Origin: Tepidisphaera sp.
GTDB lineage: Bacteria > Planctomycetota > Phycisphaerae > Phycisphaerales > UBA1924
Length of the DNA: 64,000 nt
Assembly (NCBI GenBank): GCA_050916045.1
Contig: CP051526.1
Location: 128,001-192,000 of the forward strand
Reading direction: 5' to 3'
Position numbers and translations under genes: made by a program. Under the pieces are notes generated by a model, which saw only the letters and a program-made list of their open reading frames with translations, did no database searches and was not told where the DNA came from. This document shows positions 10,423 to 19,973 of the stretch, one piece after another. Numbering within the stretch: the first letter of the stretch is position 1; every line of letters begins with the position of its first letter.

Positions 10423-10474
10423 GCCGCGAGGGTAGCCGGGGAGGGGCCCTTGTCGCCCGTCCGAGTCCCCAAGC

Positions 10475-13120
10475 CTACTTCCCGCTGTCGGGGACCTTGT
10501 CCAGGATCCCACGGACGCGGCGGGCGAGCTGCTTGGGGGTGTACGGCTTCTGCAGGAACGCGATCCCCGTCTCGAGGACGCCCCGCTGGGTGATGACGCT
10601 GTCCGTGTATCCGGAGCAGAAGAGCAGATCGATGCTCGGGCGAACGGCGCGGAGCCGCTCGCTGAGTTCCTTCCCGCTCATCCCGGGCAGAACGACGTCC
10701 GTGACCATGAGGTGGATCTGACCCGCGAAAGCGTTGGCGATCGCCAGCGCCTCCTCCCCGCTTGCGGCGACGAGCACCGAGTACCCGAAACCGCGGAGGG
10801 CGGCGGTTGCGATCTGACGCACCATCGGCTCATCCTCGACGAGGAGCACCGTCTCGGTGCCGAACCCCGGCGTCTCCTCCTTGGCTCGACCCGCACGCTC
10901 CGCCTGCCCGTCCACGCGGGGCAGGAAGATGCGGAAAAGCGTCCCCTTCCCGGGTTCGGAGTAAAGCCAGATGAACCCGCCCGCTTGCCGGATGATGCCG
11001 TAGCACGTCGCCAGTCCAAGCCCCGTCCCCTTTCCCGCTTCCTTGGTGGTGAAAAAGGGTTCGAAGATGTGCTGCTGGATCGACGTGTCCATTCCGACGC
11101 CGGTGTCGCTGACGAGAAGCATGATGTACCGGCCGGGCGCCACGCCCTCGTAACCGCGTGTGTACTCCTCGTCCAACTCGGCGTTGGAGGTCTGGATCGT
11201 CAGGATCCCGCCCTGCGGCATCGCGTCGCGAGCGTTCGTTGCCAGGTTCACCAGCACCTGCTCAAGCTGTCCGGGATCGATCCGGGTGACGCCCGTGTCC
11301 GCCGGGAGCGACGTGACGAGCTGAACGTCCTCGCCGAGAAGCCGGTTGAGGATCGGCACCAGGTCGTGGATGAGGGAGTTGATCTCCACGGTGCGAGGTT
11401 CGATGACCTGCTTGCGGGCGAAGGCAAGGAGGTGCTGGGTGAGCACCGCCGATCGGTTCGCGGCTTCGCGGATGGTCCTGAGGTACTCGCGAGAGCTCTC
11501 CGGGAGCCGAGACTCCATGTCGATGAGGTCGGCGCTCCCGATGATCGCGGTGAGGAGGTTGTTGAAGTCGTGCGCGACGCCGCCAGCCAGCCTTCCCAAG
11601 CTTTCGAGCTTGCGGGATTGGAGCAGGTGCTCTTCGAGCGTGCGCCGCTCCTGAATGTCCCGTACGAGCCCGACCCACTCGCGGATCGTGCCGTCCGGAC
11701 CAAGCATGGGAACGCCCCGCATCACGAACCACCGATGCGACCGCGCGGTCCGGCTCCAGAGACGCCCCTCGAACTCGAAAGCCGCGCGGGACTCGCGGGC
11801 CGTCTTCCACGACTCCTGCAGGCGTTCGCGGTCGCTCGCGTAGACGGCTTCAAGCCATCCACGGTCGCGGTAATCGTCCCACGTCTGCCCCGTGTAGTTC
11901 TGCCATGAATCCTGCCGCGCGATGAACCGCCCCTCGGCGTCGGTCGTCCAGACGATCGATGCCGTCGCGGTCGCGAGGAGCCTGTAGCGGCTTTCGCTCT
12001 CGGCGACCCTGCTCGCCGCCCGATCGCGGTGCATGCGGGAGCGAGCCCGGACGTACGCCATCCCCGTGAAGGAACCGGTGAAAAGAGCGCCGAACGCGCC
12101 CGTGATCCACGTCGAGAGATGGGATCCCGCCTGCAGAAAGGACGGGCCGGCTGCGCATCGGACGTTCCATGTTTGGTCAGCGACCTGAATCGAGAACTCG
12201 CGGGTAAGGTCCGGGTCCGGAGAAGCCGCGTCTCCCGATGAGTACAGCACGACCGAATCCTCACCCTTCCGGTCCCGGACCTCGAGCGTCAATCCCTCGT
12301 GCGTCTCGATGGGAACGAACCGCGAGATCATCGAGTCGATCCTGAAGGGGCAGTAGGTAAAGCCCGTCACGGTCCGCGTTCGCTCTTCGCCGCTTTCGGG
12401 CACGCCTCCCGTGGAGTAAACCGGAACGAACAGAAGAATGCCCCGATGCTGCTCGGTTTCCGTCTCACCCTTGAGGTTGACGATGGACGTACTGGCCGGT
12501 CGCCCCGAGTTCCGTGCTCGCTCCATCGCTCCGCGGGTGGTCGGCTCGGACCACATGTCCCATCCGAGCGAGGCCCGGTTCTTGGGAGTCCCCGGCTCGA
12601 TGTAGTCCACGATGCTTCGCACGCCTTGGTCTGTCGCGGCCGGCGAGAAGCCAAAGCCCTGCCCGAAACGTTCTCGCATCCGCACCAGATGGGCTTCGGC
12701 CGCCTCAGAACTCCGAAGATACCGCACGAACCCGATCCCTTCGACGCCCGGAAAGCTCTCGCTCTGCCAGATCCGAGCCATGTACCGCTCGAATTCGTCC
12801 GGGGTCACGTCCGCGCTCCCGGAGAAAAGGCCTGCGCTCCCCGAGAGGAGCGCGATGTACGACCGAAGCCGCATCCGCAGCTCTTCCACCAGATGCGCCG
12901 AGACCTGTTCAAACCGGTTCCGCGTCCGCGTCTCGTTCACCTGCCACACGCTGCGCGTGGTCACCACCGTCGCGGCGGTGCCGAGCGCGGCGACCACAAG
13001 CGGAAGCCAACCCAGACTGGATCGAGCCCGTCGCAACAGGCACAATGTAACCCGATCCAAAGCACCTCGCCGGGCCAAAGCCCGCTTCAAGAACTCGGTA
13101 TGCTCCCGAGATGACCACAC
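10475..13120 (-). CDS. Hybrid sensor histidine kinase (CHASE-PAS-HisKA-HATPase-REC)
   Basis: Two TM helices flanking CHASE, PAS, AHDFNNLL, NARDAM, GTGLGL, receiver LLVEDE...TDVVLP...KPY; true start probably somewhat downstream of 13120. Confidence 0.92.
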   Translation of the reverse strand: MWSSREHTEFLKRALARRGALDRVTLCLLRRARSSLGWLPLVVAALGTAATVVTTRSVWQVNETRTRNRFEQVSAHLVEELRMRLRSYIALLSGSAGLFSGSADVTPDEFERYMARIWQSESFPGVEGIGFVRYLRSSEAAEAHLVRMRERFGQGFGFSPAATDQGVRSIVDYIEPGTPKNRASLGWDMWSEPTTRGAMERARNSGRPASTSIVNLKGETETEQHRGILLFVPVYSTGGVPESGEERTRTVTGFTYCPFRIDSMISRFVPIETHEGLTLEVRDRKGEDSVVLYSSGDAASPDPDLTREFSIQVADQTWNVRCAAGPSFLQAGSHLSTWITGAFGALFTGSFTGMAYVRARSRMHRDRAASRVAESESRYRLLATATASIVWTTDAEGRFIARQDSWQNYTGQTWDDYRDRGWLEAVYASDRERLQESWKTARESRAAFEFEGRLWSRTARSHRWFVMRGVPMLGPDGTIREWVGLVRDIQERRTLEEHLLQSRKLESLGRLAGGVAHDFNNLLTAIIGSADLIDMESRLPESSREYLRTIREAANRSAVLTQHLLAFARKQVIEPRTVEINSLIHDLVPILNRLLGEDVQLVTSLPADTGVTRIDPGQLEQVLVNLATNARDAMPQGGILTIQTSNAELDEEYTRGYEGVAPGRYIMLLVSDTGVGMDTSIQQHIFEPFFTTKEAGKGTGLGLATCYGIIRQAGGFIWLYSEPGKGTLFRIFLPRVDGQAERAGRAKEETPGFGTETVLLVEDEPMVRQIATAALRGFGYSVLVAASGEEALAIANAFAGQIHLMVTDVVLPGMSGKELSERLRAVRPSIDLLFCSGYTDSVITQRGVLETGIAFLQKPYTPKQLARRVRGILDKVPDSGK

Positions 13121-16113
13121 TCGCCGTCATGATCTCCTCCCTGGCTTGCGTCTGCGGGGCGCTCCCTCCTTCCAACCCGCCCACGACGCCACCCTCGATC
13201 ATCGACCAGTACAACCCCGTGTGGGCTTCCCCCTCCCCGAACGCATCGGGCTCCATGCCCATCGGCAACGGAACCCTCGGTGCCAACGTCTGGGTCGAGC
13301 CTTCCGGCGACCTCCTCCTGCTCCTCTCCCGCACCGACGCGTGGAGCGAGACCGACCGCCTGCTCAAGCTCGGGCAGATCCGCCTTCGCCTCGATCCCAA
13401 TCCCTTTGTCGGCAAGGGTTTCCGCCAGGAGCTCAAGCTTCGGGACGGCGTCATCGAGATTTCCGACTCGGGCCGCTCCAAGCTCCGCGTGTACGTGGTT
13501 CCCTCGATCGACCAGATCCGGATCGAAGGGGATCTCGCCGCTCCGTCCAAGGTCAGCGTCGCCCTCGAAACATGGCGCACCGCCCGCAAGACCTTCGAGA
13601 ACGACGATGAGCTCCGTTCAAGCTGGACGATGCACTCGGCCCCGGCGGAGGTCCGCGAGCGGCTCATCTGGGAGTCGCCGGACATCGTCCGGACCGAGTC
13701 CGACCGCACCGCGCTGCTCTGGTACCACCGCAACGCGCACTCCGTCGTTCCCTTCACCCTCACGCACCAGGGATTGGACCCGATCAAGGACCAGTTCAAG
13801 GACCCCCTGATCAACCGCACCTTCGGCGGGCTGATCGAGGGCGTTTCCGAGACCTCCTTCGCCGTGGTCAAGGGCAAGCCGTCCACCATCGAGACCACCG
13901 GCGCCGTCCAAGCGTTTGGCGTTCAGGTCACGACCCACTCCGCCCAGACCCCAAGCCCCGAAACCTGGATCAACGACCTGCGCCGCATCTCCGCCCCCAA
14001 GCCCGGCGCGGATGCCTCCCTCATCGAGACCAATGCTTGGTGGTCGGCGTTCTGGGATCGCTCCTGGGTCTTCGTCGAAGGCGACGCGCAAGCGGCTTCC
14101 GGCAAGCCCATCCCGAAAAACAAGCATCCCCTCCGCCTCGGCGTGGACAGCAACGCAAGCAACGTCTTTCGCGGCTTGATGTCGAGGGCGACCGTCTACC
14201 GTCGCGCCCTCTCTTCCGAAGAGATCCTCAGGCTCGCGAGCGGCGGCCCCCGGCCCGACCTCCCGGGCGGCGAGATCTCGGCCGACTTCTCGACCGTTCT
14301 TCCCGCGGCCGAGCAGCCGCAAACCCGTGACGGCTGGCGGTGCAGCAGCGCGTTCGGGCCCTCTTGCTCATGGGAACCCCAGGGCGCTCTCACGGATGAA
14401 CGCGATGCGGACCGCTGGGTCGCGAAGTTCGCCGGCGGACACCTCCGAAGCCTGCCCGACCGGAGTCTCACCCTTGACGACGGCATGACGCTGGAAGCCA
14501 TCATCAAACCCGCGCCAGACCTTGGCCCCGCTCGAATCTTCGACAAGCTCACCGCCGGGACTTCAGACGGCTTCCTCTTTGACACCCACCCCGGCGATTC
14601 CCTCCGCCTCATCGTCGGGTCGCTCACCGTCGAAGCTCGCGGCGTCCTGAAAAAGGACACCTGGCAGCACGTCGCCGCGACCTACGACCCCGCGGCCGGC
14701 TTCGCTCGCATCTACCTCAACGGCAAGCTCGTCGCTTCCAATCTGGCCGACCCCGCCGAGCCCGCCCCGCCCTCTCGAGTCACGCAAGCGTACATCCTGC
14801 AGCGATGGATCCAAGCCTGCGGCGCCGGCGTCTCGCGAGACGGCTCGCGCGGCGAGTTCCCCATCAAGTTCAACGGCTCGATCTTCACCGTCCCGCCCGT
14901 CTTCACCGAAGGTCAGACCCACAACGCCGACTGGCGGAAGTGGGGTGGGTGCTTCTGGTGGCAGAACACCCGCTTGCCGTATTACTCCATGCTCGCTTCC
15001 GGCGACACCGAGATGATGGAGCCTCTCTTCCGATTCCACGAGAACGTCCTTCCCGGGTCCAAAGCCCGCACCACGCTCTACTACGGAGCTCAGGGCGTCT
15101 ACTGGCCCGAAACCATCACCACCTTCGGTACCTACGGAAACGGCGATTACGGCTGGAAGCGAGACGGCCTCGCCATCGGCGACATTTCCCCCTGCCCGTG
15201 GTGGCAGTGGGCGTGGAACCAGTCGCTTGAACTGACGCAGCTCATGCTCGACCGCGCCGCGTACACCGGTGATACGAAGTTCTTGAAAGAGCGTGCCCTC
15301 CCGATGGCCCGCGAGACGCTTCTCTACTTTGATACCCGCTTCAAGCGCGACGACAAGGGCAAGCTCATCGTCAACCCGACCCAAGCGGCCGAGACCTATT
15401 GGCACGACGTGGTGAACGACGCTCCGGTGGTCGGCGGTCTGCACACGATCTGCGACCAGCTTCTCGCGCTGCCCAAGGACATCGGCACCGCCGAGGATCG
15501 CGCCCTCTGGAAGCGCGTCAAGGATGCGACGCCGGCCATGCCCGTCTGGGAGCAGAACGGCACCAAAATGGCCGCCCCCGCCGAGAAGTTCAAGAACCAG
15601 CGGAGCAACTGCGAAACCGCCGAGCTTTACCCGCTCTGGCCGTTCAACCAGTACGCCCTCGGCAAGCCCAACCTCGACCTCGCCATCGCCGCGTACCGCG
15701 CCCGAGTCGACAAAGCCGTGGTCGGCTGGACGCAGGACGGCCTCTTCGCCGCCAAGCTTGGCCTCGTCGATGAAGCACGCGACCAGCTTCTCGCCCGCGT
15801 CCGCAACAGCAACCCCAAGCACCGCTTCCCGGCCATGTGGGGCCCCAACTTTGACTGGCTCCCCGACCAGTGCCACGGATCCAACATCCTGACCCAGACG
15901 CAGCTCATGCTGATGCAGTCCGACCCCGTCTCCGGCCGCATCCTGCTGCTCCCGACGTGGCCGAAGGACTGGAACGTCTCGTTCAAGCTTCACGCTCCCG
16001 GACAGACCGTCGTCGAATGTGTCTACCGAAGCGGCGTGATCGAGAAGCTGAGCGTCACCCCGCCCGCCCGTCGAGCGGACGTCGTCCTGCCGGCGGGTGT
16101 CTCCGTGAAGTGA
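13111..16113 (+). CDS. DUF5703 / GH95-like glycoside hydrolase with inserted LamG-like domain
   Basis: SMPIGNG N-terminus, PIKFNGSIF, WWQNTRLPY, FPAMWGPNFDWLPD, QLMLMQ, LLPTWPKDW; WQHVAATYD..IYLNG insert. Confidence 0.8.
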   Translation: MTTLAVMISSLACVCGALPPSNPPTTPPSIIDQYNPVWASPSPNASGSMPIGNGTLGANVWVEPSGDLLLLLSRTDAWSETDRLLKLGQIRLRLDPNPFVGKGFRQELKLRDGVIEISDSGRSKLRVYVVPSIDQIRIEGDLAAPSKVSVALETWRTARKTFENDDELRSSWTMHSAPAEVRERLIWESPDIVRTESDRTALLWYHRNAHSVVPFTLTHQGLDPIKDQFKDPLINRTFGGLIEGVSETSFAVVKGKPSTIETTGAVQAFGVQVTTHSAQTPSPETWINDLRRISAPKPGADASLIETNAWWSAFWDRSWVFVEGDAQAASGKPIPKNKHPLRLGVDSNASNVFRGLMSRATVYRRALSSEEILRLASGGPRPDLPGGEISADFSTVLPAAEQPQTRDGWRCSSAFGPSCSWEPQGALTDERDADRWVAKFAGGHLRSLPDRSLTLDDGMTLEAIIKPAPDLGPARIFDKLTAGTSDGFLFDTHPGDSLRLIVGSLTVEARGVLKKDTWQHVAATYDPAAGFARIYLNGKLVASNLADPAEPAPPSRVTQAYILQRWIQACGAGVSRDGSRGEFPIKFNGSIFTVPPVFTEGQTHNADWRKWGGCFWWQNTRLPYYSMLASGDTEMMEPLFRFHENVLPGSKARTTLYYGAQGVYWPETITTFGTYGNGDYGWKRDGLAIGDISPCPWWQWAWNQSLELTQLMLDRAAYTGDTKFLKERALPMARETLLYFDTRFKRDDKGKLIVNPTQAAETYWHDVVNDAPVVGGLHTICDQLLALPKDIGTAEDRALWKRVKDATPAMPVWEQNGTKMAAPAEKFKNQRSNCETAELYPLWPFNQYALGKPNLDLAIAAYRARVDKAVVGWTQDGLFAAKLGLVDEARDQLLARVRNSNPKHRFPAMWGPNFDWLPDQCHGSNILTQTQLMLMQSDPVSGRILLLPTWPKDWNVSFKLHAPGQTVVECVYRSGVIEKLSVTPPARRADVVLPAGVSVK

Positions 16114-16156
16114 TCGGCCCGATTCCCCGCCGAGGGCGGAGCGTTACGATCCCGTC

Positions 16157-16840
16157 ATGGAATTCCGGGTGATCTCGATCGGCGCTCTCTCTCAGCATCC
16201 GTTCTGGGGCGAAAAGGTGCCCGTGCGCACCGGCCACGCGACCTGCACCCTGATCACCGCCGGAAAGCGCAAGATCCTCGTCGATCCGGGCCTGCCCGAA
16301 GCCGCGATCATCGCCGCTCTCAACGAGCGATCCGGTCTCCGCGTCTCCGAGATCACCGACGTCTTCCTCACCAGCTTTTCTCCCGACACCCGCCGCGGGA
16401 TCCTCGCGTTCCGTACCGCCGACTGGTGGATCGGTGAAGCCGAACGCGAAGCCGTCGGCATCCCCCTCGCACGCCAACTCGGCAAGCTCGCCGAAGAAGG
16501 CGTTGACCCCGACGTGCGCAAAGTCCTCGAAACCAGCATCGCCGTCCTCCAGCGCTGCAAGCCCGCGCCCGAGCGGCTCGCCGACCGCGTCGTCCCCTTC
16601 CCGATGCCCGGCGTCACGCCCGGCCTGACGGGGCTTCTCCTCGAACACCCCCGGTTCACAGGGCTGGTCTGCGGCGACGCCGTCCCGACCGTCGAGCATC
16701 TTGAACGCGGGCAGGTGCCTGACTGGTCCGCCGACGTGAAACTGGCTTCGGAGAGCTTCGCCGAAGCCGTCGAGATCGCCGACATTCTTGTTTGCGGACG
16801 TGACAACGCCATCGCCAACCCCACCAAACGGGCGTTCTGA
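16157..16840 (+). CDS. MBL-fold protein (metal-binding motif degenerate)
   Basis: ILVDPG, VFLTSFSPDT in place of THxHxDH, PGVTPG, CGDA. Confidence 0.7.
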   Translation: MEFRVISIGALSQHPFWGEKVPVRTGHATCTLITAGKRKILVDPGLPEAAIIAALNERSGLRVSEITDVFLTSFSPDTRRGILAFRTADWWIGEAEREAVGIPLARQLGKLAEEGVDPDVRKVLETSIAVLQRCKPAPERLADRVVPFPMPGVTPGLTGLLLEHPRFTGLVCGDAVPTVEHLERGQVPDWSADVKLASESFAEAVEIADILVCGRDNAIANPTKRAF

Positions 16841-16992
16841 ATCACGACGGATTCGAAACCTGTACGGCACCTGGGCCGAATAGACGGCGCAGGCCCGACG
16901 GGCTTGGCGAACGCGAGCGATCCGCCTTGGCGGTCCTTGAATTCGCGAGTATGCTGAACAGGTGCCGCGTGCGTCGCGGCGGAGGATGGTTC

Positions 16993-19005
16993 ATGCGCAG
17001 GGATCGGAACATTCGGGTGGCGATCGCTTTGCTGGCCGGCACGGCATGGTCCGCCCAGGCCCAGACGCCGCGCGACATCGAGCCCCCGCCCAGCAGGACC
17101 GAACCCGTCGGCCTGGATTCCGGCTGGCATGCTTCGCCCTCCCCCGACGAGGGACGAGAGGTCGTCTGGAGCGGCACTGTGTTCGTGTCCGGCGCTCGCT
17201 GGCTCAGGCTTTCGTTCAGCGAACTCGTGCTCACCGGCGATCCGGCCCGGGATGACGCCGCGGTGCTCCGCCTGACTTCGATGGAAGACGGCGCGGTCCA
17301 GATGCTCGACGCCGAGAGCGCCCGTCGCTGGAGCAACACCTCCGCCTACTTCAACGGGGAAGCCGTCTTCGTCGAGCTCCTCGGCGGCGCCGGGAGCGCC
17401 GAGTTTGGCCCAAGCCGCGTCGTGATCGCCGAGGCCGTCGCGGGTGAGCCTCCCTTCGCCACCCGCTCGATCTGCGGGCCCACCGACGACCGCACCCTCT
17501 CGAACGATCCCAAGGTCGCCCGATACCTGCCCTCGGGCTGCACCGCGTGGCTCATCAACGACGTCAACAAGCAGTTTCTCGCCGCCGGCCACTGCGGCAT
17601 CTCCAGCAGCGGTGTCTGCCAATTCAACGTCCCGCTTTCCAACGCCGACGGAAGCCTCCGCCAGCCCCCGCCCGAGGACCAGTACCCGGTCGAGCCCACC
17701 AGCATCCAAGCCGCGAACGTGACTGTCGGTGATGACTGGGCCTATTTCGGCTGCTGGCCCAACAGCACGACGAACCAGAGCGCCTTCCAGCGCCAAGGCG
17801 AGACGTTCACGCTCGCTCCGACCGTCGCCGGCCCCGCGGGCGACACGATCCGAATCACCGGCTTTGGCACCACTACCTCGCCGGTCCCGCCCAGCTGGAA
17901 CCAAGCTCAGAAAACGCACACCGGCCAGTACGTGCAGAGGACCGGAACCGTCCTTCGCTACAACGCCGACACGACGGGCGGTAACTCCGGCTCCGCCGTG
18001 CTGAATGAAACCACCGGGTTCGCCATCGGCATCCACACCAACGGCGGATGCACCACCGGCGGCGGAACCAATTCTGGTACTTCTCTCGACAATCCGGGCC
18101 TGCGAGCCGCGCTCGCGTCCCCGCGGGGCATCTGTTCACCGGGATTCGGCGTGCTCGTGCCGCCGGTCTTCGCCGCGGGCGACTCCACGCGCGCTTTCGG
18201 CACGGTCAGTTACATCGACGGCACGTTCTCGAGGGTCTCCGCGACGAGCTACGCGATCGACGGCATGGCCTACGACGCCAACCGCGGCGTGTTCTGGGCG
18301 TGCACCACCGACCGCATCCTGCTCCGAATCGATCCCGAGACCGGCATTGCGACCGCGGTGAACACGCTTCAGGGCTCGTCGCGCTCAGCCGCAGGCCTCG
18401 CGTACGACCCCTTCGCGGACAGGCTGTACGGGATCACGCAGGTGGGCGGCCGGATTCTCTCGATCGACATGACGACCGCGGCGGTCTCGCCCGTGGGCGG
18501 CCCCGGCGGCAACAACGTGGGCGCGCTCGATTTCGACACGCACACGCGAACGATCTACGGCATCGACGACAGTTCCAGCGGCTCGCGACTGATCCGCATC
18601 GACGCGGTGACCGGCGTGCAGACGGTCGTCGGGCTTCTCGGCTCGGGCATCTTCGACTGCAACGGCCTGGCGTACAACCCGGCCGATCGGCAGCTCTACA
18701 CGATCCTCGCGTCCACCGAGCAGCTTCTCCGGATCAACCCCGCGACGGGCGCCGCGACCGCGGTCGGAGCCACCGCTTCCCTGTGGGGAGCCAACTTTGG
18801 GCTCGCGGCCATCGGCGACCTTCCCGAACTCTGTGCGGCGGACTTCAACCGCGACGGCTTTGTCGACTTCTTCGACTATGACGCGTTCGTCGGTTGCTTT
18901 GAGGGCGGCTCCTGCGGCCCATCCTCGGCAGACTTCAACCGCGACGACTTCGTCGACTTCTTCGACTACATGGACTTCGTCGTGGCGTTTGAAGCCGGCT
19001 GCTGA
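16993..19005 (+). CDS. Secreted trypsin-like serine protease with beta-propeller and GC-type dockerin-like tail
   Basis: GGAGG SD; signal peptide; AAGHC, DWA, GNSGS catalytic motifs; GLAYDP/LY.I repeats; dockerin tail. Confidence 0.9.
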   Translation: MRRDRNIRVAIALLAGTAWSAQAQTPRDIEPPPSRTEPVGLDSGWHASPSPDEGREVVWSGTVFVSGARWLRLSFSELVLTGDPARDDAAVLRLTSMEDGAVQMLDAESARRWSNTSAYFNGEAVFVELLGGAGSAEFGPSRVVIAEAVAGEPPFATRSICGPTDDRTLSNDPKVARYLPSGCTAWLINDVNKQFLAAGHCGISSSGVCQFNVPLSNADGSLRQPPPEDQYPVEPTSIQAANVTVGDDWAYFGCWPNSTTNQSAFQRQGETFTLAPTVAGPAGDTIRITGFGTTTSPVPPSWNQAQKTHTGQYVQRTGTVLRYNADTTGGNSGSAVLNETTGFAIGIHTNGGCTTGGGTNSGTSLDNPGLRAALASPRGICSPGFGVLVPPVFAAGDSTRAFGTVSYIDGTFSRVSATSYAIDGMAYDANRGVFWACTTDRILLRIDPETGIATAVNTLQGSSRSAAGLAYDPFADRLYGITQVGGRILSIDMTTAAVSPVGGPGGNNVGALDFDTHTRTIYGIDDSSSGSRLIRIDAVTGVQTVVGLLGSGIFDCNGLAYNPADRQLYTILASTEQLLRINPATGAATAVGATASLWGANFGLAAIGDLPELCAADFNRDGFVDFFDYDAFVGCFEGGSCGPSSADFNRDDFVDFFDYMDFVVAFEAGC

Positions 19006-19139
19006 ACGATTTCTCGGACTTTCTCCGCCGTCCGAGATGCAGAAAGTTCGCGGTCACGGCGACGGATCGCTTGTTCTCTTCGCGTCCGTCGGGTATTTAT
19101 TGGTGTACCGCGAAAGCGGCCACCGAGGAGAGACAAGAC

Positions 19140-19808
19140 ATGCGGATCACAGCTGCCATCATCGGCCTTCTTGCCGCCGGGACCGCCCACGCCGACATCG
19201 ACAACATGCGCGACTACTTCGTCGGCGCGGGCTTCGGCTCGCAGTCCGGAAGCGAAGCATGGACCGTTCGATACGGCGGCCATGACGGCGGCTTCCTCGG
19301 TTCGGCCGGGTCGTACTTCGCAGGTCCCTACCAGCACGGCACCCCCATCTTCGGTCCGCTTCTTGGGATCGGCGACTACGCCGGGTGGTGGCACGGAGCC
19401 ACGTTCGAAGGGCTCTTCATCCACGCCGGCCCGGGCATCTCGCTCCACGCCCAACGCAACTTCTCCGAAGCGACCACGCTGAGTGGGCTGACCGTGCAGG
19501 CCGAAATGGTCCTCAACGGCAGCTCCAGCAACGGGATGGACGTGGATGTCTTCACGATCATCGACGGCGTGCGCACGCACCGCGGCGGGTTCACGTTCTT
19601 CCACACCACCGTCGCGACCGAGCAGGCCTTTGACTTTGGCGGCGAGGTGCAGTTCGGAGCCGGCGACCGCGTCGAGGTCGTCTATTCCGATAACGGCTCC
19701 TTCCTGTACGACCACGGCAACACGAACGTGATCTTGAACGTCGTGCCGGCTCCGGCTTCGTGCGCTCTGCTGGGCATCGGGTTCCTCGGCCGTCGCCGCC
19801 GGTCTTGA
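19140..19808 (+). CDS. PEP-CTERM sorting domain protein
   Basis: AGGAG SD, signal peptide, C-terminal VPAPASCALLGIGFLGRRRRS. Confidence 0.85.
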   Translation: MRITAAIIGLLAAGTAHADIDNMRDYFVGAGFGSQSGSEAWTVRYGGHDGGFLGSAGSYFAGPYQHGTPIFGPLLGIGDYAGWWHGATFEGLFIHAGPGISLHAQRNFSEATTLSGLTVQAEMVLNGSSSNGMDVDVFTIIDGVRTHRGGFTFFHTTVATEQAFDFGGEVQFGAGDRVEVVYSDNGSFLYDHGNTNVILNVVPAPASCALLGIGFLGRRRRS

Positions 19809-19973
19809 ATGAGCCGCTTCCGGCGGTCGGATCAAGAAAATCTGAGAATTCGTCGGACGATCTTCTGGGCTTGAGCGCCGGAGGAGGTGGCGACCGGATG
19901 TTCCCCCCTTGGGCGGGGGCTTCAGGTCGATTCACCCCCGCGCGCCCCGAGCGGCGGGTCAGGGAGTTGTCCA

